This document shows positions 14,901 to 32,043 of a stretch of 64,000 bases of DNA, piece by piece. Numbering within the stretch: position 1 is the stretch's first letter; each line of letters opens with the position of its first letter. The translations under genes were made by a program, and so were the position numbers. This DNA comes from Auanema rhodensis. Its lineage: Eukaryota; Animalia; Nematoda. The stretch spans positions 6,014,001 through 6,078,000 of the forward strand of contig OZ059899.1 in NCBI GenBank assembly GCA_964057225.1, in the 5' to 3' direction. The notes beneath the pieces were generated by a model. The model was given only the letters and a program-made list of their open reading frames with translations. It had not been told where the DNA came from and searched no databases.

Positions 14901-16400
14901 GGGATGTTGTATTAAACTTACTATCCAACCATGAAGATCGGGCGCCCAGAGATGTAATTGACAAATCAATATGGTTCCTATGTTTGCAACTGGGCTATGA
15001 CTTAGCAAGATTTATCTCAGATCAAGAATCTAACAAAAACGTAATTTACTTAGATTAACTGTGAGGTTATTTCATATACTTACAGGAGGCCTTAAAGAAG
15101 CTAAAAAAACGGCGAGATCAATTTATTCATGTTGTGGATACGATGATGAAGGCTGGAGCATCTGGAGTTGAAACAGGCTTCCGGTGTTTATGTGACATAC
15201 TTTTTCTTTTCAATGATCAGCTTGTACGAGACTCCGCCTTTTGTGCTAGTCTGGTTGTAACTTTGGACAACGTAAGCAGTTGCAACCTATTTTTGCTCAT
15301 AATGAAATTTTTAGGAATTTGTTGATAAAATTCAACAATTTGTTTGTTCAAATGTGTTCACTGATGCTGGAATGGATACACATATGGATCAGCAAGAAAG
15401 AGTTGAACTCATGCAAAAGGTGATCTTTACATTTCACTTCTTATATCTAATAACCTGTTTATAGAAGCGTGTTATTCTTGCCCAATATTGTAAGATGGTA
15501 TTACATGGCAGTTTCAAAATTCAAGATGCTGCTAGTGTTCTCAAATATTACTGCTCTGTAAGTTATTCCTCTCTTCGTTCTGTGTAATTTCGTATTTAAG
15601 AGTTATACTGATTTTGGTGATCTACTCAAACAGCTTTTATACAAATGCCGTGATCTCAATTTTTTGGCTTGTGCTAAGGCTGTTACTAAAGTTCTAATTG
15701 AATCTTATGAAAGTATACGGGTAAGAAACATTGGTGAACACAATATTTTTAAATACCAAATTCTTCAGTGGGAAAACCGGACAGAGTTTGTTGATCCCTT
15801 ATCAGACTCGTTCCAAGCTTTACGTGATCTCGCAAAACGTTTTGCAGTTGCATTTGGAAACGATCATATTAAAAATAGAGAAGCAGTTGCTTCTGTACAT
15901 CGGTAACTAATCCATATATTAATAAGCTTTAATGTCGTTGAATTAACAGAGATGGAATTCAATACGCAATGGTAGGATATGATCCCCAATCCAACAAGAA
16001 AGATAACTTACCACACAATATTTCGTATTTGGAAGTTATCATGGAGTTTAGTGGTAAATTACTTAAACAAGATAAGCATAGTCTGTAAGTTTTCACTTCT
16101 GTTTAGGCTATTTAAATATTTTTTTAAGGGTACGATATCTTGAAAAACAAAGTGGCCCTGTAGTAGGAGCGAGTACTGCTGGTAAAGAGAACACCTGGGA
16201 ACCTTATCTTTTATATAAGAGTTCACTTTCTGTATGTTTAGTGAGGTGTAATAAATTATTATATTCCTGATTTATAGGATAACAAACCTGATGATGTTGC
16301 ATCTGTGAGAAGCTTTTCTACAATTACTAGTAACAGAGGCCGAGGTAGAGGCCGTGGTCGAGGAAGAGTAACACCTACACCATCTGAAATGATGGACTAA
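11908..16400 (+). CDS. scc-3: Cohesin subunit SA/STAG (SCC3), many exons
   Basis: [68 protein letters not shown]. Confidence 0.95.
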
Positions 16401-16678
16401 TTTTAGCATGATTTTTTATTTTAAGATGCAATCTCTTCACTTGAATAGCTATTTTTTATCTGTAAATGCAAAGCTTGCTCATTGTATATTTTTTGTTTTG
16501 ATATGAAACACGGAATAGCTATACCTTTGCTGATCTCTTCATGTAGTTCAATATGGGTAACTAATAATGAATCTGTATTCAAACTTTATTTATTTCATGA
16601 GCAATGTAATCTCATTATGATACCTTGAAAATTTATTTTACTTGATTTCCAATATTTCGCTGCAGGTGTTTAATCTAC

Positions 16679-17594
16679 ATGTTGCTCCTTGGCACATTAG
16701 TAATTCTGCTAATTGGAGCATCTGCACAATGGACAATAAATCTTGAATATTCTTATGATGGTAATATTAAGAACAAATTTTTTTAATCCAAATGAACTTC
16801 AGATTTCGCTCACTCTTTCCCTATGGGTGTGATTGATCTCCGTAAACAGTTCGATGGTAATTACAGTGCTGTTTTTAAGGGAAATGTGAGGGATATTTTA
16901 GTCGATCTAGGTTATTGTGTCCTTTTTTCAGGAGGATTCTTCATATATAAAAAGATTGAATGAAAATATTAATTCACAATATAGAATAAAAGCAGTGAGC
17001 TCATCGAAGCCAACAGTACCTTTGTACAGTTCAACTAAAGCAGTATGTTGACACATACTTTTCAATAAAAAGTAATTTTTTCAGTGTTTAATTTCTCAGT
17101 CTAATTTATATCATCACATTTGGGTGACTGTTGATCCTGATACTCAAGTAGCTCACTCCGTAACTGTTTTCCCCGACATTATCGCTGCTGGTTTGATTAA
17201 TGAATCGCAAAATTTTATATAATCTTTATTTGTGTAGGCGGCCATCTCGACTCTAATAATTGTGTAGCTAATGTTCAGAAGGGAAGTGTACAAGGAACTG
17301 TTAATGTTTTGAATAAAAGAAGTCTACCAAGGTTAGCTCATCAAAAAAAATATGTATATCACTTATTTTAGCCCGGATACTCTATCATTTGTTCAAAAAG
17401 TAGAGAAAGAAAGAAAGGCTCGTCAACATGGAGCTGATACTGATAACCGAAGTTTCATTGCTAAATACGTAAGCTTTATTATTTAAAGTGATTTAAAAAA
17501 TTATTTTTAGTGGATGTATATTGTCCCTGTTGTTCTTTTCATGTTCATTTCCAACGCAGTTGCTCCTGAAGGTGGCCAAGGAGAGGGTCAATAA
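16679..17594 (+). CDS. emc-10: ER membrane protein complex subunit 10
   Basis: Signal peptide; C-terminal PDTLSFVQKVEKE...RSFIAKYWMYIVPVVLFMFIS signature. Confidence 0.85.
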
Positions 17595-17801
17595 TTATTC
17601 AAACGCTCAAATTAGTTCCCTGCTAACGGGTCTTAATTATAAAAAAATAGTCAACTTTTTGTTATGTTTATTTCTTGTTATAGGGTGCTTTTTTCCAATA
17701 CACGATTATGCTTATGTTTTATTTTCTTCTTATTAACTCTTTATGTTGAGTTCAATATCTATCAGATTTTTTTGTTCAATTGTATATCATTATATTCAAG
17801 G

Positions 17802-18620
17802 ATGATTCGGAATTTTAACACTATGGGAGCTGGTCCGTCCCAGACGGCTAATACAGTTACAATTACAACTACAAATCAGACTCATACTCAACCTCCGCCA
17901 TCAATGACCTTTCCTGCAACTGAACCACCTGTTAATTTAGCTAGCAAGGTATGCTTTTTTAAACTTTTCTTTTTGCAAAATTTCATGTTAGGTAGCGGAA
18001 GTCTTCTTGACCGCTGGTCATGCTTTTCAAAAATTAGGTGATTTGACATTGCAACTTCATTCGAATGTAGAACCTGAAGAATGGTTAGAACAACGTTTTT
18101 TTATTTTCTTAATGATGTTTTTTTAAGTAAATGGACAGAGAAAGATGTTGATCAATTACGAGATTCACTTACTCGCTTTGCCCATGAACTCGACATGATT
18201 AGTCAAAGTGTACAAGGAAGAACATCGTATGGTTTTCTTTTTCCAAATTCAGATTTGTCCTGATATTCTGATAACCTGGTTTTATGAAATGTTTACTTTT
18301 ACTTTTAGAAAACACATTAAAACTGATATAAAAAGAAGGCATTTAATACCTGAGGAAGCTAGAAGACCATCTTCTCCTGGGATAAAAAGAAGTGCGACCA
18401 TGGTACCCTCCGGAATGATAACGAAACGAATTCCTGTTGTTCCAGCTTCGAAACCTATGCCTATTTCCAATAGAGTCAGTTGAGTTATTAAATTACGGAT
18501 TAAATCCTTTTTTTTTAGCCGATGGTTCCTTCTCAACAACGCGTTACTGTAACTCACACCTCTCAAATGAATCAACCTCTTTTGAATGAGCCTAGTCATC
18601 ATTACATTAATACTGGTTAA
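17802..18620 (+). CDS. BAP18 (C17orf49)-like SANT/Myb chromatin subunit
   Basis: ASKVAEVFLTAGHAFQKLGDLTLQLH...KWTEKDVDQLRDSLTRFAHEL. Confidence 0.8.
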
Positions 18621-19027
18621 TTAGATTTCTAAAGAAACTCTTATAAGTTCAATGCTCTCTCAGGATTAATTGTTTTAGTTTTTTAATAAGTAGTTGTGTT
18701 AAAGCATTTGCTTAGATCTTATCCATTTTGGATTGTTTTATGAAAACATGTAGTTTATTTTGCCAATGTTCTTTCTTTTTCATTAGCATTATTGTATATT
18801 TCACTGCAGAAGCAGAATCAGCTCAACGCATGAGTTCCAATTTCTCTTATTTCATATAGTGTCTTTGTTGTATGTACACATTGTCATGATCAGTTATAAT
18901 GATCCCCGTATATTTGCCTCATGTTGTTAAATATGATTGCTATTAGTACTTGTTTTATTACATCGTTTTTTTCGATTATACTTTTCTGAGCACAAAATTT
19001 TTATGAGGGGCAGTTTCATGATTTTAG

Positions 19028-19710
19028 ATGAATCGGGTGTCTATTCTATCGTTGAGGAACTTTACTTTAGCTTCTAGAGTTTTGCTATCTACCGAAGCTA
19101 CGACCAGTAATGAATCTATCAGTAAAATTGATTTGGATCAGTTTGTGGATAGTATTGGAATGGATGTAACAAGTAAAACAAAAGTGAGCAAGGCTACTGG
19201 TATAATGTTATTTATCGTCTGTTGTGTAGGGACAATCCTTTGCCAAAATGCTCAGAGACTCTAAATTTATGCAATTAGGTGATATGAGAGGACGTGTTGT
19301 TGTTGGAAAAATAGTTCATAGAATGCAAGATGTATGTCAATTTAATGAATCTGAAAAATATCTTTTATTTCTAGGATCTTTATATTGATATGGGATTAAA
19401 ATTCAATGCTGTTTGCAAGGCTCCAGCAGTCAACGGAGAGTGAGTAGTATATACTTGAGTTCGTATATTACGTTTGATTCTGCAGAGCTTATCGAACAGG
19501 GTCTCAAGTGTTGGTTAGAATGCATGATTCGGAACTGAGTGAAAGATTTTTGGGTTCGAAGAATGATTTAACCCTACTAGAAGCTGATGCTACACTAATA
19601 CGCTTACTTCGCTCTGGCCCACGAAAAGGTATTACCAGTAGTGATGCGATAATGTTACCTTGTTTTTAGAAAAGAAAGTAGAGTCTGCAGCAGCTGACGA
19701 TACTCCGTAA
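19028..19710 (+). CDS. mrps-28: Mitochondrial ribosomal protein S28 (bS1m)
   Basis: Basic presequence; SFAKMLRDSKFMQLG...VVGKI..DLYIDMGLKFNAVC...ELSERFLG...TLLEADA. Confidence 0.9.
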
Positions 19711-20502
19711 AAATGTCTTTACATCAATTAGTTGTTGAAATTTGCTAAATTTGTATTGCTTTTTCTATTTTAGAAATAAACCATTTTTTAGTTAGTTTTA
19801 TTTTTTCTTCACATATACATTTGTCAATATATTTGATTTTTAATGGTTATTTTATTGTCACTTTACATTTTTATCTAATATACAAGGATAAAACATGATT
19901 GCCAAATTGAAACGCACGCAAGAACCTCATACGTGCCATTTTCAACATTTGGAACACTTATGCTAGGCATCATTGATTTGCTGCTATTCTCTCGTTTTCT
20001 CTCTTTTCTGACACAACATGACCAACTTCTCTGAACCCAGGCCCATTTGATATTCTACTCTCCTCTAGTATCTTCTTATCTCTCGCCCTTCATGTTTTTT
20101 CATCAGTTGATCTATTGATTATAAACTTTGCAATTACCAGGAGATGCCAATACTTTCCGCGCCCTTTTTCATATATTATCTTTTGAACTCTGAGAATAAC
20201 TCATCAACGTCATCAGGTTTCTTAGATTCTGTGCAGTAGTGGCTAGAAAATATCGATCATGATGAAGTCATAGAGAATTTAATTATTTTTCTATAATTTA
20301 ATTCGATTTTATCAGTTTTCTGTTTGTTACCCATTGTTTAATTACCCAATGTCTATTGTTAACCACTTCTTAGTAATAACTCTAATGTTTCCCAAGAGTT
20401 TTTAATGGTTCATAGTTATAGATTTTTTCAAAGGGATTTTTGAGGTTTTTCATTGCAGGTTCTATCAAACCTTATTCTATTCGATACATTACTGTTAAAG
20501 GA

Positions 20503-22379
<1,877 letters not shown>

Positions 22380-22820
22380 AATCTTCGTTAGTAGATTGCT
22401 GTCTGTCGTCCGGTATACTTACTAGTCCATCGAAATTAATTTCCATTTTTTTTGGTAAAAGAACTATTTTTACAAAATATGAAATAAAATCTTAGTTGTT
22501 CAATAAATATGGTTCTAATTTTATTTTTATATTATTATATTTCGAAAGATATACGTATTTATTTACTTGAGAAATCACAGAATGAATTTATTCAGTTAAT
22601 TTTATAAAAATAATATTCCGTATAAAAAATTTGTTTAAAAATTAAAAGTTAGTAAGTTAAAAATGAGTATCATGTTATGAAGTAAAAATAGATTGTGCTG
22701 AAGAAACATTAAAGCATATAAATATTGTCAAACCCGTAAAAGGATAAAAGTAAAAATTAAAACTCATAATATCTACCTAAGAAATACTTCAGATATTAAA
22801 GATTAAAGATTCAAATAAAG

Positions 22821-23509
22821 CTATCTCCACATACAACGTTCTTCCGGAATATTATGATTTGATTTTTCTCTCAAATAGTGATAACATTTGGTAGCAGCCC
22901 AGATAGCAGAAGCACATACTATAATTCCTAAATATATTGATACGACCATTAACATTTGATCTGAAAAATTAAATTATAATTACAGTATTCTATTAGTTTA
23001 TTAACCAAATTTTTGATAAAATCTTTCTCTTTTGAATGTGAACGTATAGTATAAGGTATACGTTGCCAATATGAAGAATCCTACGCATTGTGCAATCTAA
23101 AGAAGTTCTGTGTCCATAAAATAGTTAGCATTATTGAAATCCTTACCTCACTAACTATAAAAGGAACTAGAAAATTTGCTTTATCATAAAATAATCCAAT
23201 CATCATAATTATAGCAACAAGTATATTTACGACGATTAAGAATACATCTAGCCAAAAATTAACAGAATATACTCCAAACAGCATACATATTGCTGAGAAT
23301 ATACATAGAAGGATGGCTGATACTCCAACATAGAAACAAGCTCTCTAAAATAATATTTATCATTAAACAAAAGTAGAATGTAAATTGAATATTACTTTTA
23401 CATGTACAAGTCCTTGACACATCTTATAAGTTGATGCTGGATCATTACCAGAGTCATCCTCGAATATAATTCGAGTTCCTTCCAAACATAAACAACATTT
23501 AATTTCCAT
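22821..23509 (-). CDS. Small four-TM membrane protein (LAPTM-like topology), 4 exons
   Basis: MEIKCC...MCQGLVHVK followed by four hydrophobic helices and KCYHYL; GT-AG introns join in frame. Confidence 0.65.
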
Positions 23510-24831
23510 TGGCAGATTATCATTCCAAGGTTTATGATCGTAGCATAAAGTGTACTGACAAAAGTGAAAATAAAAACTGAAAACGAAAATATGTGAATGA
23601 CGAGTAACGAAGCTATTTCCAGTATTCGTATACGCAAGCTTAAATTAAAAAAAAAACTGCTGAGATAGAAAGGATATGAGGAGTACAAAGAGCTTTTGTC
23701 ATACGTAGTCCTCCTGTTAGCTATAAAATTAACGGCAACAAGAAGTTTATAGCTTTGAACGGGAGACCATAAAAATTGAAGAAAGTTTGGTTCTTTCTGG
23801 ACTAAGTAATGTAAAATGTGCTATGATGTTCACTCGATATTTCACTGATTATCATTGTCATTTCCTATTAAAGTGGATAAGCTTTAATTAAGAAAAAGAA
23901 GTAGAATGTTTCATATAGTGGAACCTATAGCTTTAAAAGAAAGCTTCGGAATTTGGAAAAATAGTTCGGAAGACATGTGAGAAACGGCAGCTGGACACAC
24001 CTGCCAGCCATGTGGTTGGTTTACAAGATTTCGGAATAGTAATTGTGTTATTCTTTAATATTAAAATGTAAGTAGATTGTATGATTTTTAGGTTAAAGTA
24101 AGAAAAATAAAAGTTTGAATTGAATTGTTCTAAATATTACCTTTCGAAATTATTTAAACGAACAAATGTTCACAGATGTGACTTATGCTCTCACATAATT
24201 ATTAAGAATTGTAAGATTATTCTTGACTTAGTACGGTAGAAGAATGACAAGTCTTCAAAAGTTCAAATGAGTTCATAGCATTTCTATGAGAGCAAAGATT
24301 TTCTACAAATGATTGTAATGTAGTATCTAACAGCCTTAAGTTCAATTCTATAAATTTTAAAAAAAGCAGATATATTTCAAAGCAATTATAGAGAAATTAA
24401 TTTTTTTTTTGAAAGAGTTTGACAAAAACTTCTCGACAATAAATAAAATATTAGTAAAACATAAAGAATGGGAAGTACTAAAAGTCAAAAGAGATAGAAT
24501 ATAAATAATAAAGCAATTGATAGAATTAGACTGTAAATTAGAGAATTATTGATGAAAGGACAGGTGAGTGAAGTTGAAATGATAAGTTCAGAAGAAATGG
24601 AGGAAATTGAAGCTGGAAATGCAAAAGAAGATAAGGATGATGATGAAGAAGAAAAAGAAATGAAGGAATAGCCGTGATGAGTGAGGGTGCGGAAACTAGG
24701 AGATATTCCTCATATTACACATCTGAAGCTGGGCTATGAATAGTTGGATGATTTTGTCCGGGATAAAGAGAGGGATAAGGAAGAAAATAAGATCGTAGTA
24801 GCACAAGCAATTAATGAAATTTCATTTAAAT

Positions 24832-24833
<2 letters not shown>

Positions 24834-24866
<33 letters not shown>
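24834..24866. repeat. (TA)n microsatellite
   Basis: Uninterrupted TA run. Confidence 0.9.
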
Positions 24867-24871
<5 letters not shown>

Positions 24872-26738
24872 TTTATTTTTAATTTTAATAACTAAATAAT
24901 TAAACAAAGAAATAATTTTTTAGATCTTAAATAATACTATCAAAGTTAAAATCTTACAATTAGAGATTCATAGTCTCGAAGAAATAAAAAATGGTTTAAT
25001 GTAATATATTGGGTGTTACTGAGAAGATTTGTGAAGATTTAGATAAGATAAGAGATGAAGGTAAGCTAATTTCAAAAACATGTACATCTTGTTGTAAAAT
25101 AGATTAAGTAATTAATTGATTTTAATACTATATTAAGGTCATAGAACCAAAATAATTATATAATTTGAAGCTGAAGTTTTTTTCCGAATAATAGAGGAGT
25201 AACAGGTGGACGTATATACTTAAGTGATGCGAAAGCATGTAGTAAATATGTTTTCTCATATACAACAACATTTGCCTTTCGTACTGGTTTATACTGAAAA
25301 TCTTAGTTTTTTTTGTTTTTCTTGTTATAACGTGGGCGGATGTTAAAACGTAATTGAATACGAGATGTACTTGAAACTCGGAAGGTTTCAGCGAAGCTTA
25401 AGAAAGACTTTTAGTCGATAGCTTTCAGCGCAAAAGTCATTTATCACACAAAGTCTTGCCTATCAAGCTTGATCACTGATTAAATCGTGAACGATATAAG
25501 AAAAAATGCTGCTGATAGCTAATTGAAGGAGAAAAGAAACTTTTGATTTAAATATGCTCATGATAAACTTGAAAAAGACGCTTAATTTCTTCCTAATTAT
25601 CCCGATTCGGCTGAGTGACAGCTGACAACGCTGTGAGCCAAATAAAATCATTAAATGATATCTCTGAGGTGTGAACTTAAGTCTGAAAATTTTGATTGGT
25701 TTAGAAAAAAACGTGAGAAGCAAAATAACTTTATCATTTTTTAATTTTTTTTAAGGAGCTGAGTTTTCCATTTCTTATTTTATTCATTAGAACTGTTACA
25801 ATTTTGATTAAAAAAAATTGAGACTAATCATTGTTTTCTCTTCATTTGTCATAGACAAATCGAATAAAAACTTTTAAAAGTTATTATTTTAAGAAAAGGA
25901 CTTTATCATACTATAAAGTCCCTTTTGAACTTTGAACAGTACATATACATACATAAATTCACTTATGATCAATAAATCAAATTAGATTATTGAAAAACAA
26001 GAAGATTTTACAGTAATGAAGAAACAAAAAGTAACAGATATTGTTGTTTAAATTTAATTTTCATTGTTTGTAACATAAATAAATAAATAAATAAATAATT
26101 ATTTATTATTCTAATTATAAAGTTTTTCATAGTTTTCTTACATTTTTCAAGCTGAAAAGATCAGGTTTGTGGAATTGTTCGGATTGGAGACATCGAGGTT
26201 GTTATGAGTCACACAACGATTTGATTATGATGGATAAGGTTGATTTTTCATTATTCATTTTACATAAAAACAAAGGAAATACTTGGAAAAACCCAATTTT
26301 TCTAAGACATAATGATTGAAATTCTAGGTTTCACATGGATTTTATCTCTTCTTTATGAAATATTGCTAACATGCAAAATACCTAATAGGTATTGATTAAA
26401 GTAACTGATACGAGAGAATACATTATCAAATTACATAGTTTCTGTAGTTGTTTGTATATTTTTTGTATTCAATATATAGTATATATACATAAGTATAGAA
26501 GAAAAGATTATTTTGAAACATATATAATACCTTTAAAGTATTCTTAGTTTAATAACAATAACTGCTATTTTAATATCATGATGAAAACTGTTACTTCACA
26601 ATAATAAAGAAGAAACATAAAGCTGCAACCAAGGCAGTTTTTAAAAAAGATATTTATATATATATATATATTTATTTATATATAAATGGTATTGATAGAG
26701 TGAGCAGAACCTTGAGTGATTATTTCTACTCAGATGTC

Positions 26739-29281
26739 ATGATCAGCCAACATCTAACAATCGCATTGTTTAGCTATGCTTTATTAGGTATATATACTGA
26801 TATACAAGCATTAGTATACAGTACATTACCTGGACCTTTAAACCAGATATACAATGCAACTCTTATTCAACATTATCATATATGGACTGATGTTAAAGGG
26901 TATAAAGTTTATTTTAATAAAAAAAATTTTTTTTTCTAAATTTCTAGATTATCCGTTGTATCTACATGTATGATAATTTCTGTATCCATTGGTTCTATTA
27001 TATCTTTAACTAAATTAATGGTTTTATTCGATAAGAAAGGAAGAAAATTTGTAAATGTATATGTGAGGTAAGAAACTATTTTAAATTTAAAAAAAGTTTT
27101 TATCCATCATCTTAGAACTGGTCTAGGCTTAGCTGTTGGATTTTTACAACTAGCAGCATTTCAGCTTCAATCGGCTGAGTTATATTTCGTTTCTGAGGTA
27201 CATTTAATAGAAAAAACAATATAAATCAATCAAAATGAGAGATTATAAATTTTGAATTCATCTTTGTAACTTAATTGTAAAATAGAGTTTTTTTTAGTTT
27301 AAACTTTTCATTTATTTTGTTTCCTTTTTTTTTTGAAAAAAAAAAAGAAGAAAAGAATCACTCAAGCAATATATAAAGTGATCACAAACATTTCACGCGC
27401 TTTTCTACAAAATATATAAAAATACAAAATATTAAAAAAATATAATTTATCCAGGAAGTAATATAATTTTTATAGTTTTTCTTAGGATTAAGTATAATAC
27501 TTACAAACAGTGGTGTACAATTGTATATAACCGAATGTGCTCCAGATGAGCATCGAGGTTAACTAAAAATAAAAGAAAATATTATTTATTTTGCTATTTC
27601 AGGCTTTGTTTCAACAGTTTTAGCAGCTGGAGACACAATAGCTGCAATCTTAATGTATATTTTTAGAAATAAAATTCATTATTGTAGTTTGATTTGGCCT
27701 GATAAAGAGTGATCAGACAAACAAAATTTTATAAATAAATCAATAGAATAAATTGATAATTGAAATATTCGAAGTATTGAAATCATATATTTCAGGTATT
27801 TCTTAAGTAGTCCTAACATACTTGGAAATAATGGATATATGATATATATACCAATTATATCAATAATACTGTAAAATAAATAATTTTATAAAAAATAATT
27901 AAAATAGATCTCTTTAGATGTATTGCATTATTCTTGTTTTCATATAACCTTCCGGATTCTCCAAAATGGTTAGTATTAAAGGAAAAATGGGATGAAGCAC
28001 GTAATTCAATAGAATTATTTCATGGAAATCAAACTAATGTTGGTATGTTTTATAATAAATAAAATAAAATTTATTTATTTTCTTTAGAAAATGTAATGAT
28101 ATCATTAGTAAAAGAAGCTAATTTATCAGAAAAAGCTGGAATAAAAGAAGTTTTACGTGATTTAACATTGAGAGAAGTATATTTAAAATATTTATATATC
28201 ATAATTCATATGTTTTCATAGTCTTTGAAAGTTGTTATTACAACTGCTACCTTCAATGTTACTTCATCAACACTTATTGAAGGAATGTATGTTGTTATTA
28301 TATATACATCATTAGGGATGAAACCAGAAGAGGTTCAAAAATTTAAAAAAAAAAAAGAAGAAATAATTAAATTTTCTATTTAAAGGTATTAGCTATGACA
28401 TTAATTATTCGTTTATTATTATGTCCAATGCGATTTACTGGTACTATACTTATTGATAAGTATGGTAGACGACCAATTCTTTTCTTGGCTGGATTTTTAA
28501 GGTTTATTTTCTTTTTTTTTAAATTTTAATTATAACAAATTTATATTTTTATAGTTTACTTAAACTTATTGTTATGATAACTGCTTTATCTATTGTATTC
28601 TTTAATGAACCATCTTTCTTTACTGTATGCTTAGGTATTAGATCTTATCTCTTTTTAAATATTAATTATAGTAAATTATAGGAATTTTTAATGAAATACT
28701 TTCTGAGTTATACTTCGCTACTGGTGTTCGAGCCTTGCCTAATCTTCTAGTAGTTGAGTTATTTCCTCCAACTACTCGAATATCAGCTATGCAAGTTAGT
28801 TATTTAATATTTAATATTTAATATTTTTATATACGTTCTTTCCTAAATTTTCAGGTGATTTTTACTTTTCCAATGTTCTTTACTGCTCCTTACATCGTAT
28901 TCCCTACCATTTTCGCTATATTTCCACCAGCTTTTTATATTTTAATGATTTTGTATCAACCTTTACTCCTCTTATATCTATATAAGTAAGATTATAGAAC
29001 TTATACAATCATTTTATCATTTGACAATATTTATTTTTCCATTTCAGAGTTCTACCTGAAACAAAAGCACGAAGTACATATGATATCGTGCAATCATTCG
29101 ATTATGAAGTTCGGTCCAGGGTATATTTTGCTGATTGTTCAAATGAATATGTCAATATTATGTTTAGGCTAATACAGCATATTCTGAAAAACTGACGTTG
29201 TTAGCATCTCGCAGAAATACTTTAAATTATGGATATTGTGAGGATGTAAATGTGAAAACTGAAGATAAACTAACTATGTGA
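26739..29281 (+). CDS. MFS sugar porter family transporter, paralog 1
   Basis: FDKKGRK, YITECAPDEHRG, LPDSPKWL, LIDKYGRRP, ELFP, LPETK. Confidence 0.88.
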
Positions 29282-29902
29282 TCTCAAAGATGGGGCAAAG
29301 TTAATGTCAACTATACTTATTCCTTATTTCTCCTGTAAAATTATTTTAATTATTGTCATTTTGCCGTATTTTCCTTTGTTGACATTTTCATTGAATTTTG
29401 TCCTGAGAAATGAGAAATACATAGTAGCAAATTTTTATTTTGTAATATTTTATTTAAAATATTAAAAATAATATAAAGTTATGATAACTTATTTTTAAAT
29501 ATTTCTTTTTATTAGAAATATTATTGTCGTATTTATGTTGAATGATTTGTTCACGATTCAAATGATAAATTGTTTTCTGAAAAATCATATTTTGATGATT
29601 TGCAATGTTTGCTCAATCAAGCAAGCTGCTACAGCTACACCTATACTGATGGGTGGAGTAATGTCACTCCTCCCCGGTTAAAAAAAGACAAAACGAATTA
29701 TAGATTATAGTTCTACTGATTACGTATAAACAGTTGGAATAAGAAAAAAAACATATATGTATATCAATTAAAAAAAGTAAAATAAAAAAAAAATATTAAG
29801 AGATAAGAATTATATACCTAGGAGGTCCTTGATATGATCTATTCATCATAAAATATACTTTAAAGCACAGTTTTTAACATTTATTTATAGAAAGAATTCA
29901 AA

Positions 29903-32043
29903 ATGATTTCAAAAAACTTGTTGTTTGCACTACTAAGTTTTGGTATTTTGGGATTTTATATTGATATGCAAATGATGATTTATGGAGCATTACCATCATC
30001 ATTGGATTATTTATATAATAATACTCTTATTAATCATTATGGTATATATTCTGATGAAAATGGGTTTGTTTATAATAATTATAATAATATATTTAAAATA
30101 TAAAATTATTAGATTATCTATTATATCTTCTATAATGAGTATTTTAACTAAACTTGGAATTGTTTTTTCAATTATCTATGTTACACCTTTATTAGATTCT
30201 AAGGGACGTAAGTTTATATCTATTCATATACGGTAATTATTTATTAAAATTTAAAATTTAATTTAAAAAAATAATATTTAGTACTGCGTTAGGTACTGTT
30301 GTAGCTATCTGCCAAATTCTTTCAGCACTATTAACTTCAGCTGAATTCTTTTTTATTGCTCAAGTATATTATGAATATTACTAATAATTTTATTTTATTT
30401 TTAAAAAATTTAGTTTATAGTTGGAATAGCTGCAGCAATTCAAATGAATATGAATCAGTTATATCTAACAGAATGTGCTCCTGATAGTCATCGTGGCTTT
30501 GTATCATCAACTCTACTATTATCTACATTAAGTTCATCAATGCTTTCGTATAAATTATATTTTGAAATATAATTTATTTAATTTTTAATTTTAAGATATT
30601 TCTTATGTAATCCAAATATTCTTGGAACTGTAGATCATTGGTATCTAATATCATGTTTTACATTAATTTTGTAAGTTTTATTTTGAAATATTTAATTAAT
30701 TCTTTTATATATAAAGATGTTTAACACTATATTTCTGTACTTTTCGTTTTCCTGATTCTCCAAAATGGCTCGTAAGCCAAAAACGATATGAAGAAGCTAA
30801 ATCATCGATAAAGTTCTTTCATAGTAAAAACACGGATGTTGGTCAGTTATTTACTATATTATAATTAGTAATAAATATTATTTATAATATTAAAGATAAT
30901 GTTTTGAGTGCAATCATTCGTGAATGTTCAATGAAATCAGATTTCAAACTGACAATACGTGATATATGGAGAGATCAATCTCTTCGTGCTGTATGTTTCT
31001 TAAACATTATTTCAAAATTTATATAAAGTTTAGGCTATGTATTTAATAATTATAACTCAATTACAACATCTTCTATCAGTGTCAGGAGTTGAAATGCAAT
31101 TTTCAGTTTTAGTTAATACTCACCTAGGATTAACAGCATCACAAGTATCATTATATTCTCACATTTTTTAAAATTTTCAAGTTTTTAAGTCTTTAAACTT
31201 AAGTTTATTATCACGTATTCTTATTACACCTGTTCGCTTAATTGGGACAACATGCTTAGATAAACTTGGAAGAAGGCCCACATTCATGATTTTAGCTATC
31301 CTCAGGTGTAAACTCATAAATATTATTTAATTAAATATAATTTTTAAGTATATCAAAAGTTATATTAATGACAATAGCTCATATAATATTAATAATTTCC
31401 GGTTCTTCAATAATCACTGTAGTAATAGGTAGGTAGATCCATAATTTGTAAAATAAAACAATTTATATTGCAGTTTATATGAATGAATTCTTATCAGAAC
31501 TAGTTAATGCTACAGGATTTGCTGTTATTAATGTTCTTCTTGTATCTGAGTTGATTCCACCAGTTGCAAGGGTTTCTGCAATGCAGGTTTGATCTTCAAA
31601 AACTGATACGATAATTGACTTGAACAACAACATGATTTTGTAAAATTTGATTTCAGTTGACTCTTGGTTTGGGATTTTTCCTTTCAATACCTCAAAATTG
31701 TTTTCCATTTATATATTCTATATGGCCTCCTTTTTATTTTCTTATGTTATGCATAGTTCAACCATTTTTTATAGTATATATTTATAGGTAAAATAATATT
31801 TTTTTTTTGTATTTTAAAGAAAAAAAGATAATAATTCTATTATAGAAATCTACCTGAAACAAGTAATAAAGCTGTATATGATATTGTAAATGAATTTGAA
31901 CATGAGTCAACGTTTAAGGTAATCAAAGATAAATTCCTTTGAATTTAAATTTTTTTTTTCAGAGAGATAGTCTTCAGGAAACAACTTACCTTCTATCTAA
32001 ACCTAGATGTAAATCTAATTCTGATAATAGTTCTTCTTCTTAA
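29903..32043 (+). CDS. MFS sugar porter family transporter, tandem paralog 2
   Basis: LDSKGRK, YLTECAPDSHRG, FPDSPKWL, LDKLGRRP, SELIPP, LPETS; similar exon layout to paralog 1. Confidence 0.88.

Noticed and set aside
24540-24820. Purine-rich stretch that looks like an acidic coding exon
   Set aside because: Interrupted by stops and no splice chain found; likely low-complexity non-coding DNA
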